Shown here: positions 13,136 to 24,911 of the stretch, piece after piece
How positions within the stretch are numbered: position 1 is the stretch's first letter
How the letters are laid out: each line of letters begins with the position of its first letter
Assembly: GCA_951406725.2 (NCBI GenBank)
Contig: OX597816.1
Location: 117,304,001 to 117,368,000 of the forward strand
Length of the DNA stretch: 64,000 nucleotides
Origin: Octopus vulgaris
Taxonomy: Eukaryota
Reading direction: 5' to 3'
Program-made: the position numbers and the translations under genes
The notes under the pieces: generated by a model
What the model saw: only the letters and a program-made list of their open reading frames with translations
Database searches by the model: none
What the model was told of the DNA's origin: nothing

Positions 13136-13364
13136 TTAGCCCTTTAGTGTTCAGATTACTCTGTTAAATGTAATGCTTATTTATTTAAATTGTTTTGAAT
13201 TAATCATGCATTACCTTATAGCTTTGAGGTTTCAATGATGTGAATATTTATTTTTAGAATGTCACTGTAGGTTAGGTGTGAGAGGCTAGATATGGCTAGT
13301 TCAAATATAAAACATGTAGAATATATTGGGCCGGATTTGGCCAGTTTAAACACTAAAGGGTTAG
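13136..13364. mobile_element. piggyBac-type MITE, copy 2
   Basis: Perfect TIRs ccctttagtg / cactaaaggg flanked by TTAG on both sides. Confidence 0.85.
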
Positions 13365-14884
13365 ACAACATCATTATCCTCCTCACCACCATTACTATGC
13401 CACCCTCACCACTACCATCCCCAGCTCCACCACCATCATCATCACTGTTGTCATTGCTGTTGTCATATCATCATCTCCTAAAAATCATCTCTTGCTCACT
13501 ATTAGGCTGACTTCTACCTTGTGACAAATATGGACAACTCTTCTATATCCACCGACAGCTTTTCTTCACCAATAATCGATGAAGATAGGTGAGAGTTTTT
13601 CTGTTCAGATTTAGTTTTTGAGAGAAATCTTCAATCCACCACACACATATGGGATCTTTGCAATACCACACATATGGGATCTTTGCAATACCACATATAG
13701 TAAGGGACTATAGAAGCACTACTGAGACAAGGTGAGAGTCTCTAATAAAGTTTGCTTGACCAACAAGAAAAGGCAGTCAAATCTCCATCAACTCACACTC
13801 TGCATACTGTCTTACAAAACAAATGGATACATTAGATAATTTAGTCCTAGATGCACTATGACAAAGCAAAAAAAAAAAAAAAACCAGGATGGTCACACTG
13901 AAATGCCTTTTATCACATGTCTGCTTAGAGCTGATCAGAGATTAAACATCAGCACAATGGAATTATCATACTAGTCAGACATAGCAACACACAACACCAT
14001 AGACATTCTGAACATCATTAGGATGAGACAGAAAGAGATGCAGGAGCAGATAGGTATGGCGGGGGTGAAAATTAAGCTACATACTTCAGCAGTAGCTGTG
14101 GGAATGTCGTAGATGCTGATGCTGCTTTGTCTACTGATGCTGCTGTTGCAGATGATGATGATGGTGGTGGTGGTGGTGTGATGATGAACTAGCTGTGTTT
14201 GGGTTTCCAAGTTTCAAGTAGACTGTTTGGTAAAAAGCCAAGTTAATTACTTGTCTCGGAAATATTATGTTTGCCATAATCCAAAGGCCGACTAAGTCAT
14301 CAGAAATGTCAATAACTTCCTTCTATTTTGACTTGTTAAAACTTCAATGATATTTATGCATCTATATGTGTATATAAATTGTATGTGCATCTATCTACTG
14401 TACTTTCATACACATGCACAACTATCATCATCATCGTCATCATCATCATCATCATCATCATCATTATTATTAATGCAGCGAGCTAGCAGAAACATTAGCA
14501 CACCAAGCAAAATGCTTAGCAGTATTTCACCTGTCTTTATGTTCTGAGTTCAAATTCTGCTGACGTCAACTTTGCCTTTCATCCTTTCAGGGCCAATAAG
14601 TATCAGTCTAGTACTGGGGTGAATGTAATCAACTTATCCCATACCCTCAAAATGTTGGCCTTATGCCAAACTTTATTATTATTACTCTTTATTTATAAAT
14701 GCACTAGTGCAGATAAATGAACCTGATTGCTTAAGTTTTCTCAATTGATCTCTCTTTTTGATGGATGAAACAGTCAAATATATTGATTCCGAAAGGACAA
14801 AAGACAAAATGAACTTTGGTATAATTTGAGCTCAGAATGCAAAGTGCCAAACTAAATGCTTTGAGGCATTTAAAATAACACTCT

Positions 14885-15112
14885 AAGAAGGCAGTAAGCA
14901 GGCAGAATCATTAGCACACCCAGGAAAATGCTTAGCAGCATTTCACCTATCTTCACGATCTGAGCTCACATTCTGCCAAGATCAACTTTGCCTTTCATCT
15001 TTTTGTGGGAGGTGGGGGGCAATAAAATAAGTACCAACTGAGCACTAGGGTTGATGTAATCAACTTACACCCTCCCCCAAAATTGCTGGCTTTGCAGCAA
15101 AATTTGAAACCA
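14885..15112 (+). mobile_element. Family A SINE (a second copy lies at about 14472-14672)
   Basis: ggcag...gcagaatcattagcac tRNA-like head, gcctttcatc core, cccaaaattgctggc tail. Confidence 0.75.
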
Positions 15113-16679
15113 ACATTACAATCTTAATGTCCAATACACTTTAAAAATACCAAAAGGCTTAAAGTCTGACTCTCCAATAGTCCTGTCATATTCACTTTAA
15201 AGCACTATATTGGCTGAGCTTATCCGAAGTTACTAAGTTTGGAAGGTGCAACAGTAAGTCTTTGGGTTTTCTGTCATTTGTTTCTATATCTCTGTTGAAA
15301 TAACTTGCCGAGCTCATACCTTTATACTACGTTATAATGATCCCCTGTATAGCACTGTTTCATTTAGCACTCTTAGAAATGTATCTTGAATTCTAACTGA
15401 AGTACAACTGTAACTTTTTTTCATTTTCTGACAGAAAAAATATCTCTGGCAACAGGAAACTAACTAGAATGAGTTCACTGAAGTACACTTATCACCAAAC
15501 ACACTTAACTGAGGAATATGCAGTTTATATCCTTTCATCCATAATGAGCTGGGATCCATGACAAACACTTAGCTCTGAAAGGAATCTTTCAATGTAAGTT
15601 AAGCATGAACCGGCCAATGGAAACACATGAAAACTAGGAATTTTCTCAGTTACTTCTTTGGTTAGCTCAACCGATCATACTTCCTGTTAGGAGTGCTTTG
15701 TTAGTATTATTTAATTTTTTAATTCTCTTTTGTTATTATCTTTTTGCCAGGAAAGAAATTTAAGAAAGAGATAAAAATATAAGTGCTCTATAGTTGTATT
15801 CAAACTAAGGTTAATCAAAATAATGGTCTCTTATGCATTGAATTATAGTATCCTGGACTTACAATACAGAGCTATTGATGGATGGATAAATATAAATATA
15901 ATTGCATGAACTTAAATACACAATTTCTCCTTCCCTCCCTGCTCTTTCTCTTTCTCTGAATAAACTGTCCTACCTAAAGGGTATAAGATTAATTACTTTT
16001 AAATACACAAAGCCTCAAAGTTTTAAAAGATATGAGATTTATGGTATTCATGCACATTCCAGGAGAATTAACTTTTTAATTGAAATTAAATCAAATGACT
16101 ACAACTGAGAATGAAAATTGGGTTATCAACTTCACTTTGACACAGATGCATAATACTTTTCACACTAACAGTATCAAATTAATAAGATTAATCTCAAGTT
16201 TAATCAGTCATTACCAATGTAACCTTTGAGCTTTTTAGTCAACATTTTCTCTTGAATACAACTTTATGTAAGAGATTTCTGCATGTAAAACATTCAGTTA
16301 TAAATAATTCAGTGTCATCTATATATCAAGAAATGATCAGCTTTACTGAGCTTTTTCCAGAAAACCTGACACTAATCTCTGACCGCTAGATAAACAGAGG
16401 TAGTGAATAAAGTGATTGACCTGAAAATACATTGAAATAATTTCCATGGGTTTAAGCTTGCACACTACTTGCTCCAACACTTTATAAATTCAGCCAATTC
16501 CCTTTTTTGTTGAAAATTACTGAAGCTGCTAAAACATTTTATACACTTCATAGTCTGTTTGGAAATATAAAGTTGTTGTTTAGCTGCACCAGGTCAATCC
16601 TGATTGAGCAGGTTTTAGATCAAAAGATATTCCATTTCTGGACAGACCAATTTTTACTTATGTATAACTTACCTTTTTC

Positions 16680-17708
16680 TGCTAGCTCTACCTTTGGAAA
16701 TCATTATAAAATTTGAAAAAGACCTTTTTTGACTATAAAAACAAAACTTCATATATACAAAGCTGTTGTAGTGATAACACAGCTTTATGAATGTGAAGTA
16801 AAAGAGTGCAGTTTAGTGGTTAGGGGTATTCGGTTCACGATTGTAAGGTTGTGTGTTCAAGTCCCAGCAATACATTGTGTCCTTGAGCAAGACACTTTAT
16901 TTCATGTTGCTCCATTCCACTCAGCAAAAATGAGTAGTACCTGTATTCCAAAGGGCCAGCTTTGTCACATTCTGTGTCATACTGAATCTCCCTGAAAACT
17001 AAATTAAGGATTCATGTATCCATGGAGTGCTCAGCCACTTGCACATTCATTTTTTCACAAGAAGGCTGTTCTGTTGATTGGATCAACTGGAACCCTTGTT
17101 GTTGTAACCAATGGAGTGCCAGTTTTATGGATGTGAACTTGGACAGTTTATCAAAGTTTACTTAACATGTCTATGAAAAATTCTCACCATCAACTGGCAG
17201 AATAACATTCCAAATACTACTGTGCTACAGAGAGTAAATATGTCAAGCATGTATGTATGCTTTCTTAAGTAAATTCCAACTGCAGCGGTGTGGACATGTA
17301 GTGCTCATGCCTGACTCCAGACTCTCTAAACAGATTTTCGTTAATGAACTAGCAGTTAGCTCTCAGACATGTGGTGAGCCAAAGATGAGACACAAAGACT
17401 CTCTCAAAACAAATGTGAAAAAAGTATAACTTAGAGCAGTCTACTTGAGAACATCTTGCTCAAAATTGCTCACTGTGGTAGTGCTGTGTACTCTAGAATA
17501 CATCACCCAGAATCAGAAATGATCAGAGAAACAAAAGAGAAGAGGGCTGTATGGAAAGCCAGTGTCCCACCAGGTCCTAACTCTGCTACTATGTGCTCCC
17601 ACTGTCCCCATGGATTTTATGCCTATATTGGCCAAATAAGCCACCTTATGAATAAAGAGTAAAGCTACTAATCTGTGATCTTCTTCAATGACATGAAGAA
17701 TGAACATC
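16680..17708 (+). mobile_element. Degraded RTE-BovB-like LINE 3' fragment split by a V-SINE
   Basis: KTKLHIYKAVV..LYECE, then homology to the C-terminus of the young copy at 58.6-59.6 kb (CSHCPHGFYAYIGQISH zinc finger, similar tail). Confidence 0.8.
16798..17123 (+). mobile_element. tRNA-derived V-domain-like SINE (family D)
   Basis: ttgtgtccttgagcaagacacttt V-like domain; TSD tttatgaatgtgaa (16784-16797) / tttatggatgtgaa (17124-17137). Confidence 0.85.
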
Positions 17709-17837
17709 AGATGTAAATTGAGGGAAACTTGAGTACTATTTCTATCAGGTGAAGCGTTTTCATAGACATACTCTTGTTGACACAAAGTAATAAAGTTATT
17801 TGTGTAACTTTTTCATATTATAATATTCTATTGTTAA

Positions 17838-18040
17838 AAGGCAGCGAGTTGGCAGAAACGTTAGCATGCCAGTCGAAATGCTTAGTGGCATTTCGTCTGT
17901 CTTTACATTCTGAGTTCAAATTACGCCAAGGTTGACTTTGCCTTCATCCTTTTGGGGTCGATAAATTAAGTACCAGTTGCGTACTGAGTTGATCTAATCG
18001 ACTGGCCCCCTCCCCCAAAATTGTGCCTAGAGTAGAAAAG
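17838..18040 (+). mobile_element. Family A SINE, full length
   Basis: Perfect 16-bp TSD aatattctattgttaa at 17822-17837 and 18041-18056. Confidence 0.92.
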
Positions 18041-18100
18041 AATATTCTATTGTTAATTTGTTTTGTTCTTTTTCTCTACTTCTGTTGTTCAGAATCAGGT

Positions 18101-18228
18101 CAAGAAAGAGCATGAGAATGATTAGTCTGACATTGTTTACATTCTTATTTGTTAATAAGATTTTGTCAATAACAAATAAGAATGTAAACAATGTCAGACT
18201 GATTCAATCATTCTCATACTCTTCCTTG
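18101..18228. repeat. Long inverted repeat / hairpin
   Basis: 31-bp perfect inner stem agtctgacattgtttacattcttatttgtta, plus a 21/23 outer stem. Confidence 0.9.
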
Positions 18229-18497
18229 TCAAGAAACTATACCCAAAGTTTTATTTTATTCATTGGTAAATAATGCTTGTCATTGTTGTTGTCGATATCA
18301 TCATCATCCTCGTTGTTGTCGTCATTGTCATCGTTGTTGTTGTAATTGTTTTAATATACACATTTCTGTATTTGTATGAGTTGGACAAAGTTCACCAAGA
18401 CAGATTTTCTATGATTGGATACCATTCCTGTCACCGATCTTCACCTGTTTGCAAGCAAGATACTATTTCCCCATGGCCAAACATGTTTTTACAGCAT

Positions 18498-18690
18498 TAT
18501 CTCTTCCAACCTGTGGCGTTTGAGACATTTGGAGGGACTGAGCCACTAACTGCAAAGTTCTTATCAACTTTGGCAGCTCACCTCATATAAATGTCAGGTG
18601 ATGCCTGTGAGGGTGCCTGGCTTTCCCAATGCCTTAGCTTCACCATCGCCAGCATTAGCATGCTGGCTTGTTTCGGTAGGTTCCCTTAAA
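18498..18690 (+). mobile_element. CRE-clade non-LTR retrotransposon C-terminal (RLE region) fragment
   Basis: YLFQPVAFETFGGTEPLTAKFLSTLAAHLI*MSGDACEGAWLSQCLSFTI matches the CRE C-terminal pattern F.P.A.ET.G...SGD..EG..L.Q.LS..I. Confidence 0.7.
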
Positions 18691-19004
18691 CCATGTGGTG
18701 TGCGACTAGTTGCTGTGATAAAAAAAATTCCCCACAAATGGTTTCAATAGTTTTAACAGAAAGTTTTGGAAGAATTAGATGAAAGTTCTCCAGTAATTTT
18801 CTTTCATGTAAATAAATGTTTATGTTAATTCAAAAATTTGCCAGCAAAATCTTGTAAAATGGCCATGTTCTAAAAGATGTACATGTTTATATGTTATATA
18901 GGAAAATAAAAATTTTATAATAAAATTGGAAATGAGTGACACTACTTATGTGATAGTAACACATTTCCAACTACCACATGATGTCAATACAGGTACACAC
19001 ACAA

Positions 19005-19037
<33 letters not shown>

Positions 19038-19074
19038 TACACTCGGCATATACACTGGGCTGCTTTCACATTCT

Positions 19075-19892
19075 ATCAAATGTGCATACACAACAGAGTG
19101 TAATTGCCCTGAGAGAAAAGTTGAACTTAAGAAGCATCAAATGTGGTGTACAAGAGAGACAACTGCACTGGTATGATCATGTGTTGCATATGGATGAGGA
19201 CAGCTGTTTGAAAAAGCGTCACACCCTAGCAGTAGAGGGAACCTGTGAAAGAAGCAGTCCCAGGAAGACCTGGGATGAGGTGTTGAAGCAAGACCTTCGA
19301 ATGTTGGGCCTCACTGAGGCGATGACAAGTGACCAAGACCTTTGGAGATATGCTGTGCTTGAGAAGACCCAGTAAGCCAAGTGAGACCATAACCATGGCA
19401 TATGACAGTGCAGCATAGCCAGCCTATTTAAGAGTACCCTTAAAATCATTGGGCAATAAACTGCGCTTGCGAAGACCTGTTGAAGCAAATGAAGTTGTTG
19501 TCATGGCCGATGACAGTACTGCCTGATTGGTACCAATGCCGATGGTACATAGAAAGCATCATTTGAGTGTATTCAATGCCAGTGCCAGCTAACTGGTCCC
19601 ATGCCAGTGGCATACAAAAAGCACCATTCGAGCATGGTCGTTGCCAGTGCCACCTGACTAGCTCCCATGCCAGTAATGCATAAAAAGCACCATCCAAGCG
19701 TGGCCAATGCCAGTACCGCCTGACTGGCACATAAAAAGCATCCACTACACTCTCGGAGTGGTTGGCATTAGGAAGGGTATCTAGCTGTAGAAACATTGCC
19801 AGATCGGACTGGAGCCTGATGCAGTCTTTTGGCTCACCAGCCCTCAGTCAAACCGTCAAACCCATGCCAGCATGGAAAGCAGATAATGATGA
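19075..19892 (+). mobile_element. 5'-truncated RTE-clade LINE: ORF2 C-terminus, long repetitive 3'UTR and (GAT)n tail
   Basis: LREKLNLRSIKCGVQERQLHWYDHV...PRKTWDEVLKQDL...LWRYAVLEKTQ* is contiguous with the family C tail. Confidence 0.9.
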
Positions 19893-20761
19893 TAGCGATA
19901 TATAATTTCCAGGCATTCAGAGACCAATGTAGAATTGAGAGAACACTGCAGCTCAACATGAGCATGTGGTAGAAGAATACTAGTGAGTAAAGTTTTGCAG
20001 ATCACAACCCATGACCTTTTATTACATAGTGCAAAATATGACCATATATGTTCAATACAAAAGCTCAAATATGTGAGCATAACTCTAATGCACAGTATAT
20101 ACATGTGTCATATAGTTTTCAGTTGTTCATGACTGAAATATTTTGTTGCTTGAAAAGGAAATCAATTTTTGTTAGGAAATCTTGGCTTTGTGATAAAAAC
20201 AGATACTATAGAGCTTAGCAATTATAACAATTGTGACAGTTTTAGCTGTTTTGCTCATGAGCTCTAAAGTATAGAGTTTTCTGGAATTCTCTAGATTTTG
20301 ATACTGTTAAATTAAACTTGTTTTTACAAGTCTCTATTGCACAATGTTTCAAATGAAATTGTATCTACCTATTAAGCAAAAATTAGGTTACATGTTGACA
20401 CGACTTCTGTTCAGAACAGGAGTGGGGAGTGTTGTGGTACATGTGATTATAGGTGACAGATATAGCTTCTTTTATTGCCAACAGGTAAGTGTATGAGAGA
20501 GAGAGATAGTCACCTTGAGCTATACATAATTTAATGGTAATGTAAAGAATAAAAAATGTAGAAAAGATAACTCAGCCTGGAGTTATACTCTAACTAATAA
20601 ACGGATGAACAGAAAGATCCTGGTTGACCTTTTTAATCATTTTTCATAAGCTCATTGGTATATGAGATAGGAGGAAAAGTTTCTAGTCAACCGCCACAGA
20701 AGTTGTTTCTGAGGATAGAATAATATTCAAGTAGCTAGAACAGATGATAGTTTCCATTCTT

Positions 20762-21430
20762 TTTTTAATGACGTTTCAGTCAGTTTAGGTTGTATGGCAG
20801 CTGTTATGATGAAACACCACTTTGATTTATTTTCCATCAGTTTTGTTGTCACTTTATGACAGAAAGTTGGTCTATGGTTGAGTTTGTAGCAGCTGATCTT
20901 CTTCAAGTATATCCTTGGAATGCTTGGCTGGTCCTCTATCACCGTTAGGAGTTTATGCAATGTTTGCTTTCAATGTTTCAGTAGGGGTTCCTTTTTATAC
21001 TTCTAATCTCCTTAGGTAAACAGTCGAACAGTTGTGGACCTCTAAATATCAGACTGATACAACAGAATATTTTCATTCATGATTTCAAAGGTAGTGTATT
21101 TGGAAGCTGATAGTATCTGCCCGTTCATGCATTAAAGATCTCTCTAATACGGAAGTTTGGAATATGCCCCTTCAGGATTTTCCATATGTCTATGATAGTA
21201 TATCTCTCTCTTCGGCATTCAAGAGAGTAACAATGAAGCACTTTCAGTTGTTCCCAGTAATTAAGGCTTTTAACCAAAGATATTTTTCTGGTGAACATTC
21301 TTTGTAACCCTTCAGTTTTTTCTGAGACTGGATGAGTTAGGAGACCAAAGCTGTGGGCAGTACTCTAATCTGCTCAGAACTAGGGTTTTCCATAGAGTTA
21401 GTATAATTATCAGTTCTCTTGTCATAAAGA
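20762..21430 (-). mobile_element. CR1-group LINE 3' fragment
   Basis: Minus strand LWKTLVLSRLEYCPQLWSP...NYWEQLKVL..YSLECRRERY...; tail ...gactgaaac. Confidence 0.8.
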
Positions 21431-22148
21431 TGCATTATTTGACATTACTTCTAAGTTCTGTATGTCATTAGTGCTATGAATCGTGTTAGTTGGTGTCACG
21501 ACTCAAGAGTGTACATATTTGTGATCAATCATTGGTATATGACCCATTTTGATCCCATTAAAGGGCCAATCTAGTTATGTGTAGCTGATTTTCATTTAGC
21601 AAAGTGAAAAAAAACTTAGGATTAGATTTTATATTTTCTACTACTAGGTGTTCCTTTAGGGAAATTTATTTTTCTTAAGGTAGTTTTAGGTCCAGTTCAA
21701 TGTTCTTATTTTCTTCTTTTTTTTTTGTTCCCTATTTCATCTGTTAAGAGAGTTTGGTGTTTTAGCTATTTTATTAGTTTAGGTCTGTTATGCATTAGTA
21801 TCCATCTATATTGTGGAATCAAATTCTTGCAGAAATAGGTGTGTTTATATGGGACATACTTTTGACAGATCCTGATTATGTGATGTTGAATGTGAATGCC
21901 ATAAGCAAGTTGCTGGCTGAGTCATGGAGGTTAGGTTGCCTTACTAGAAGTAAGGTGCATAGTTATTTATCTCATTATAGTACACATTATGATTAAACAA
22001 TTAAAGAATTGGATAACAATAAGGACAACTCAGAAATATGCAATTTGATTGACATGAGTTGTTTTGTTGGACTCCAGTGGTTAAAGAAAAGTTTGGTATG
22101 AGAGTTATTGTCTGAAGGTGGTTTTCTTTCCTTGTTACTGGAATAACA

Positions 22149-22424
22149 CAGTACTTCTCAAACTATCTGATTGGCAGTTTTTTTTCCAATGTACCAGGGA
22201 CTAGTAATATTTCTTAGTAATATTAATTTATACTGGAAACAATATATATAATGAATATAATAAAAGTTGACAACTTTTTTTTTTATCTTATATTTATTTT
22301 GTAAACAAATAATACAATATTGCATAAGCATTTTATAATGTTTCTTTCTTTTCTGGAAACTCGCCGACAGCTGATGGCTTGCAGACTGGCACCAGTCTGC
22401 AGACCACCACTTTGAGTAGCACTG
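22149..22424. mobile_element. hAT MITE (degraded)
   Basis: TIRs cagtacttctcaaa / tttgagtagcactg; 5/8 TSD match. Confidence 0.6.
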
Positions 22425-23297
22425 GATTAATGGACATGCTATTGTGAGTAGTCATACCCCAGATTGAATACTTGGGTAAAGAGAAAGATTAAGGAGAAAT
22501 TGTAAAACAATAAGAGGATATGAGAACACCATCCGGTTAGGTCAGCTTCATACACATTAGTTACTGAAATAATTACCACAATGGTGACTAAGTGCATATG
22601 ATGGCAAGAGGAGCTTAAAAAATTTTTGTTGAAAGTTTTGTAGAATAGCAGGCAAAAGTAATGATCGTGACTATGGTAATTATGCTAATGATTACAAGGG
22701 AATAAGAGAGAAGGAAAAATGTATAAAAAGCGGATGTACAATCTTAGAGAAAAAATGCTACAATCAAATTAATAAAAAGTTTCAAGAGTGTTAAGTACAG
22801 TGTTATCATCATCATCATCATCATCATCAACAGCAGCATTATGGTTTGTTTGTTTTTCAGTTTATTTATTTATTTATACAATCTGAGATCAAATTCCATC
22901 AAGACTAACTTCGCCTTTCATCTTTCGGGTTTGATAAAATAAATCATGTACTGGGAATGATGTAACCCACTTCCCACTCCCTTCAAAAACTGGTGGCCCT
23001 GTGCCCAAATTTGAAATCATCATCATCATTATCATCATCTGCAGCAGCAGCAGTAGCAGTAGTAGTAGTAGCAGTAGTACTACTACTACTACTACTACTA
23101 TGAAGGCAGTTAACTGGCAGAATCATTAGCACCCCAGGTAAAAATGCTTAGTGGTATTTCACAGTATTACGTACTGAGCTCAAATTCCGTTGAGGTTGAC
23201 TTTGCCTTTCATTCTTTCAGGGTTGATAAATTAAGTTCCAGTAGAAAACTGGAGTCGATACAGTTGACTTACCCCACCCCCAAAATTAGTAGAAAGG

Positions 23298-23366
<69 letters not shown>

Positions 23367-23402
23367 ATCATCATCATCATCATCATCATCATTATTATTA
23401 TT
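23298..23402. repeat. (ATT)n/(ATC)n microsatellite at the tail of a family A SINE (about 23104-23297)
   Basis: Trinucleotide run directly after the SINE 3' end. Confidence 0.9.
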
Positions 23403-24176
23403 TTGTTTGAAAATAGAGGAAATTGCAGCTTAACAAAGTTGAAAAATTTGAAGATCACTTTTTCCTCTGAGAAAAATATTTACAGAGTTTAAGGAAATGA
23501 TGAGAACAGATGCTTATGGTGAGTAGTAGAATATGTCTGGCAGGCAAGGAATGTCAAGAAAGTAATCATTCTTGGCACAATTAATAATAGAGATATTACT
23601 TGTTTCTTATTTTTTCAATAAAAACGAAAATGAAAGACAATTTTCCCATTTTGATAGAATGCTAGTCTATTGCTGGTTAAACTTGCCAGGTAGTTTCATA
23701 CCTATTTCTCAGTTCAATAAACTGAAACAACAGGAGATAAATATTTCATCCAAGAAAACAACACCATTCCTTAGAAAATGAGACCACCACTCATTCTATG
23801 ATATAAATTTACTGGTTTAAAATAATCTAAAAATTAAAACCATCAAAATTTTATGTTACCTTATGTTCCAGCATAATAATGACAAAATTATTTTCCTAAA
23901 TTTATTCATTTGAGTCTTAAAAAATCACCTCAAAAGTAGGGGTCATCTTAAACACTGAGTATTAAATGTGAACCTTAATATGCTCTGGTTCAGAATGTCA
24001 CCAATATGTCATACTCTACACATAGTCTGACTAAAAGGGAAAATGTGCAGTGTACTTCATCAACATATATTAGAACATGCTTCACTTAAAAATACTTAGC
24101 AATAAGGATGTTTTTCTAACTGTCACAAAGACACTGGACTTTGCCTCACGTACTTCCCAGCCACTACATACTAATG

Positions 24177-24489
24177 CAGTGGTTCCCAAAGTGGGCAGTG
24201 TTGCCCCCCTGGGGGGGGGGCAGTAGAAAGTTCCAAGGGGTGTTGAAGAAAAGTGGGGCGATAATGGGGATGTGATTCATGTAAAAAGTGGGGCGGTAAT
24301 GGGGTAGCAATTCATTTAAAAACAACAAAATAAAGGGTTCATTAGGTTAAGTTTTATTTGTGAAATGCAGTTGCTTTGAATTTGCTTCAGAATGAAGTCT
24401 ATGTTTGTGATGGTTAGTTGGGGTGGGGGTGCTAGAAATGTGACCTGAGTGTCAAGGAGGCAGCACCTGAAAATGTTTGGGAACCACAG
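24177..24489. mobile_element. hAT (Charlie-type) MITE
   Basis: TIRs cagtggttcccaaa / tttgggaaccacag; TSD tactaatg / atctaatg. Confidence 0.85.
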
Positions 24490-24582
24490 ATCTAATGTAC
24501 CCAGTCAGTTTATACATCAGCAGCCAGTATGTCATGTTTTCAGGAATTTCAATTTATGTCTCTCAAGTACTAGTGTGTACAT

Positions 24583-24911
24583 TAGTGAGGGCGCGTGGCT
24601 TAGTGGTTAGGGCATTTGGCTCATGATCGTAAGGTTGTGAGTTCGATTCCCGGCGACGCGTTGTGTCCTTGAGCAAGACACTTTATTTCACGTTGCTCCA
24701 GTCCACTCAGCTGGCAAAAATGAGTTGTACTTGTATTTCAAAGGGTCAGCCTTGTCACTCTCTGTGTCACGCTGATTATCCCCGAGAACTACGTTAAGGG
24801 TACACGTGTCTGTGGAATGCTCAGCCATTTGCACGTTAATTTCACGAGCAAGCTGTTCCGTTGATCGTATCAGCTGGGACCCTCGTCGTCGTAACCGGCG
24901 GAGTCTTTTAA
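24583..24911 (+). mobile_element. Young full-length V-domain-like SINE (family D)
   Basis: Intact A box tggcttagtgg and B box gagttcgattcc, CpGs retained, TSD agtgtgtacat at 24572-24582 and 24912-24922. Confidence 0.92.

Noticed and set aside
13645-13697. Tandem duplication of about 23-25 bp (cacatatgggatctttgcaatac)
   Set aside because: Simple two-copy slippage with no spacers, so not CRISPR-like.
13971-14210. His/Gln/Pro-rich minus-strand ORF with a GTATGT donor
   Set aside because: Derived from degenerate trinucleotide repeats common in this genome; no acceptable acceptor.
24587-24660. Possible tRNA gene
   Set aside because: Lacks an acceptor stem and continues into a SINE body with TSDs, so it is a SINE head.
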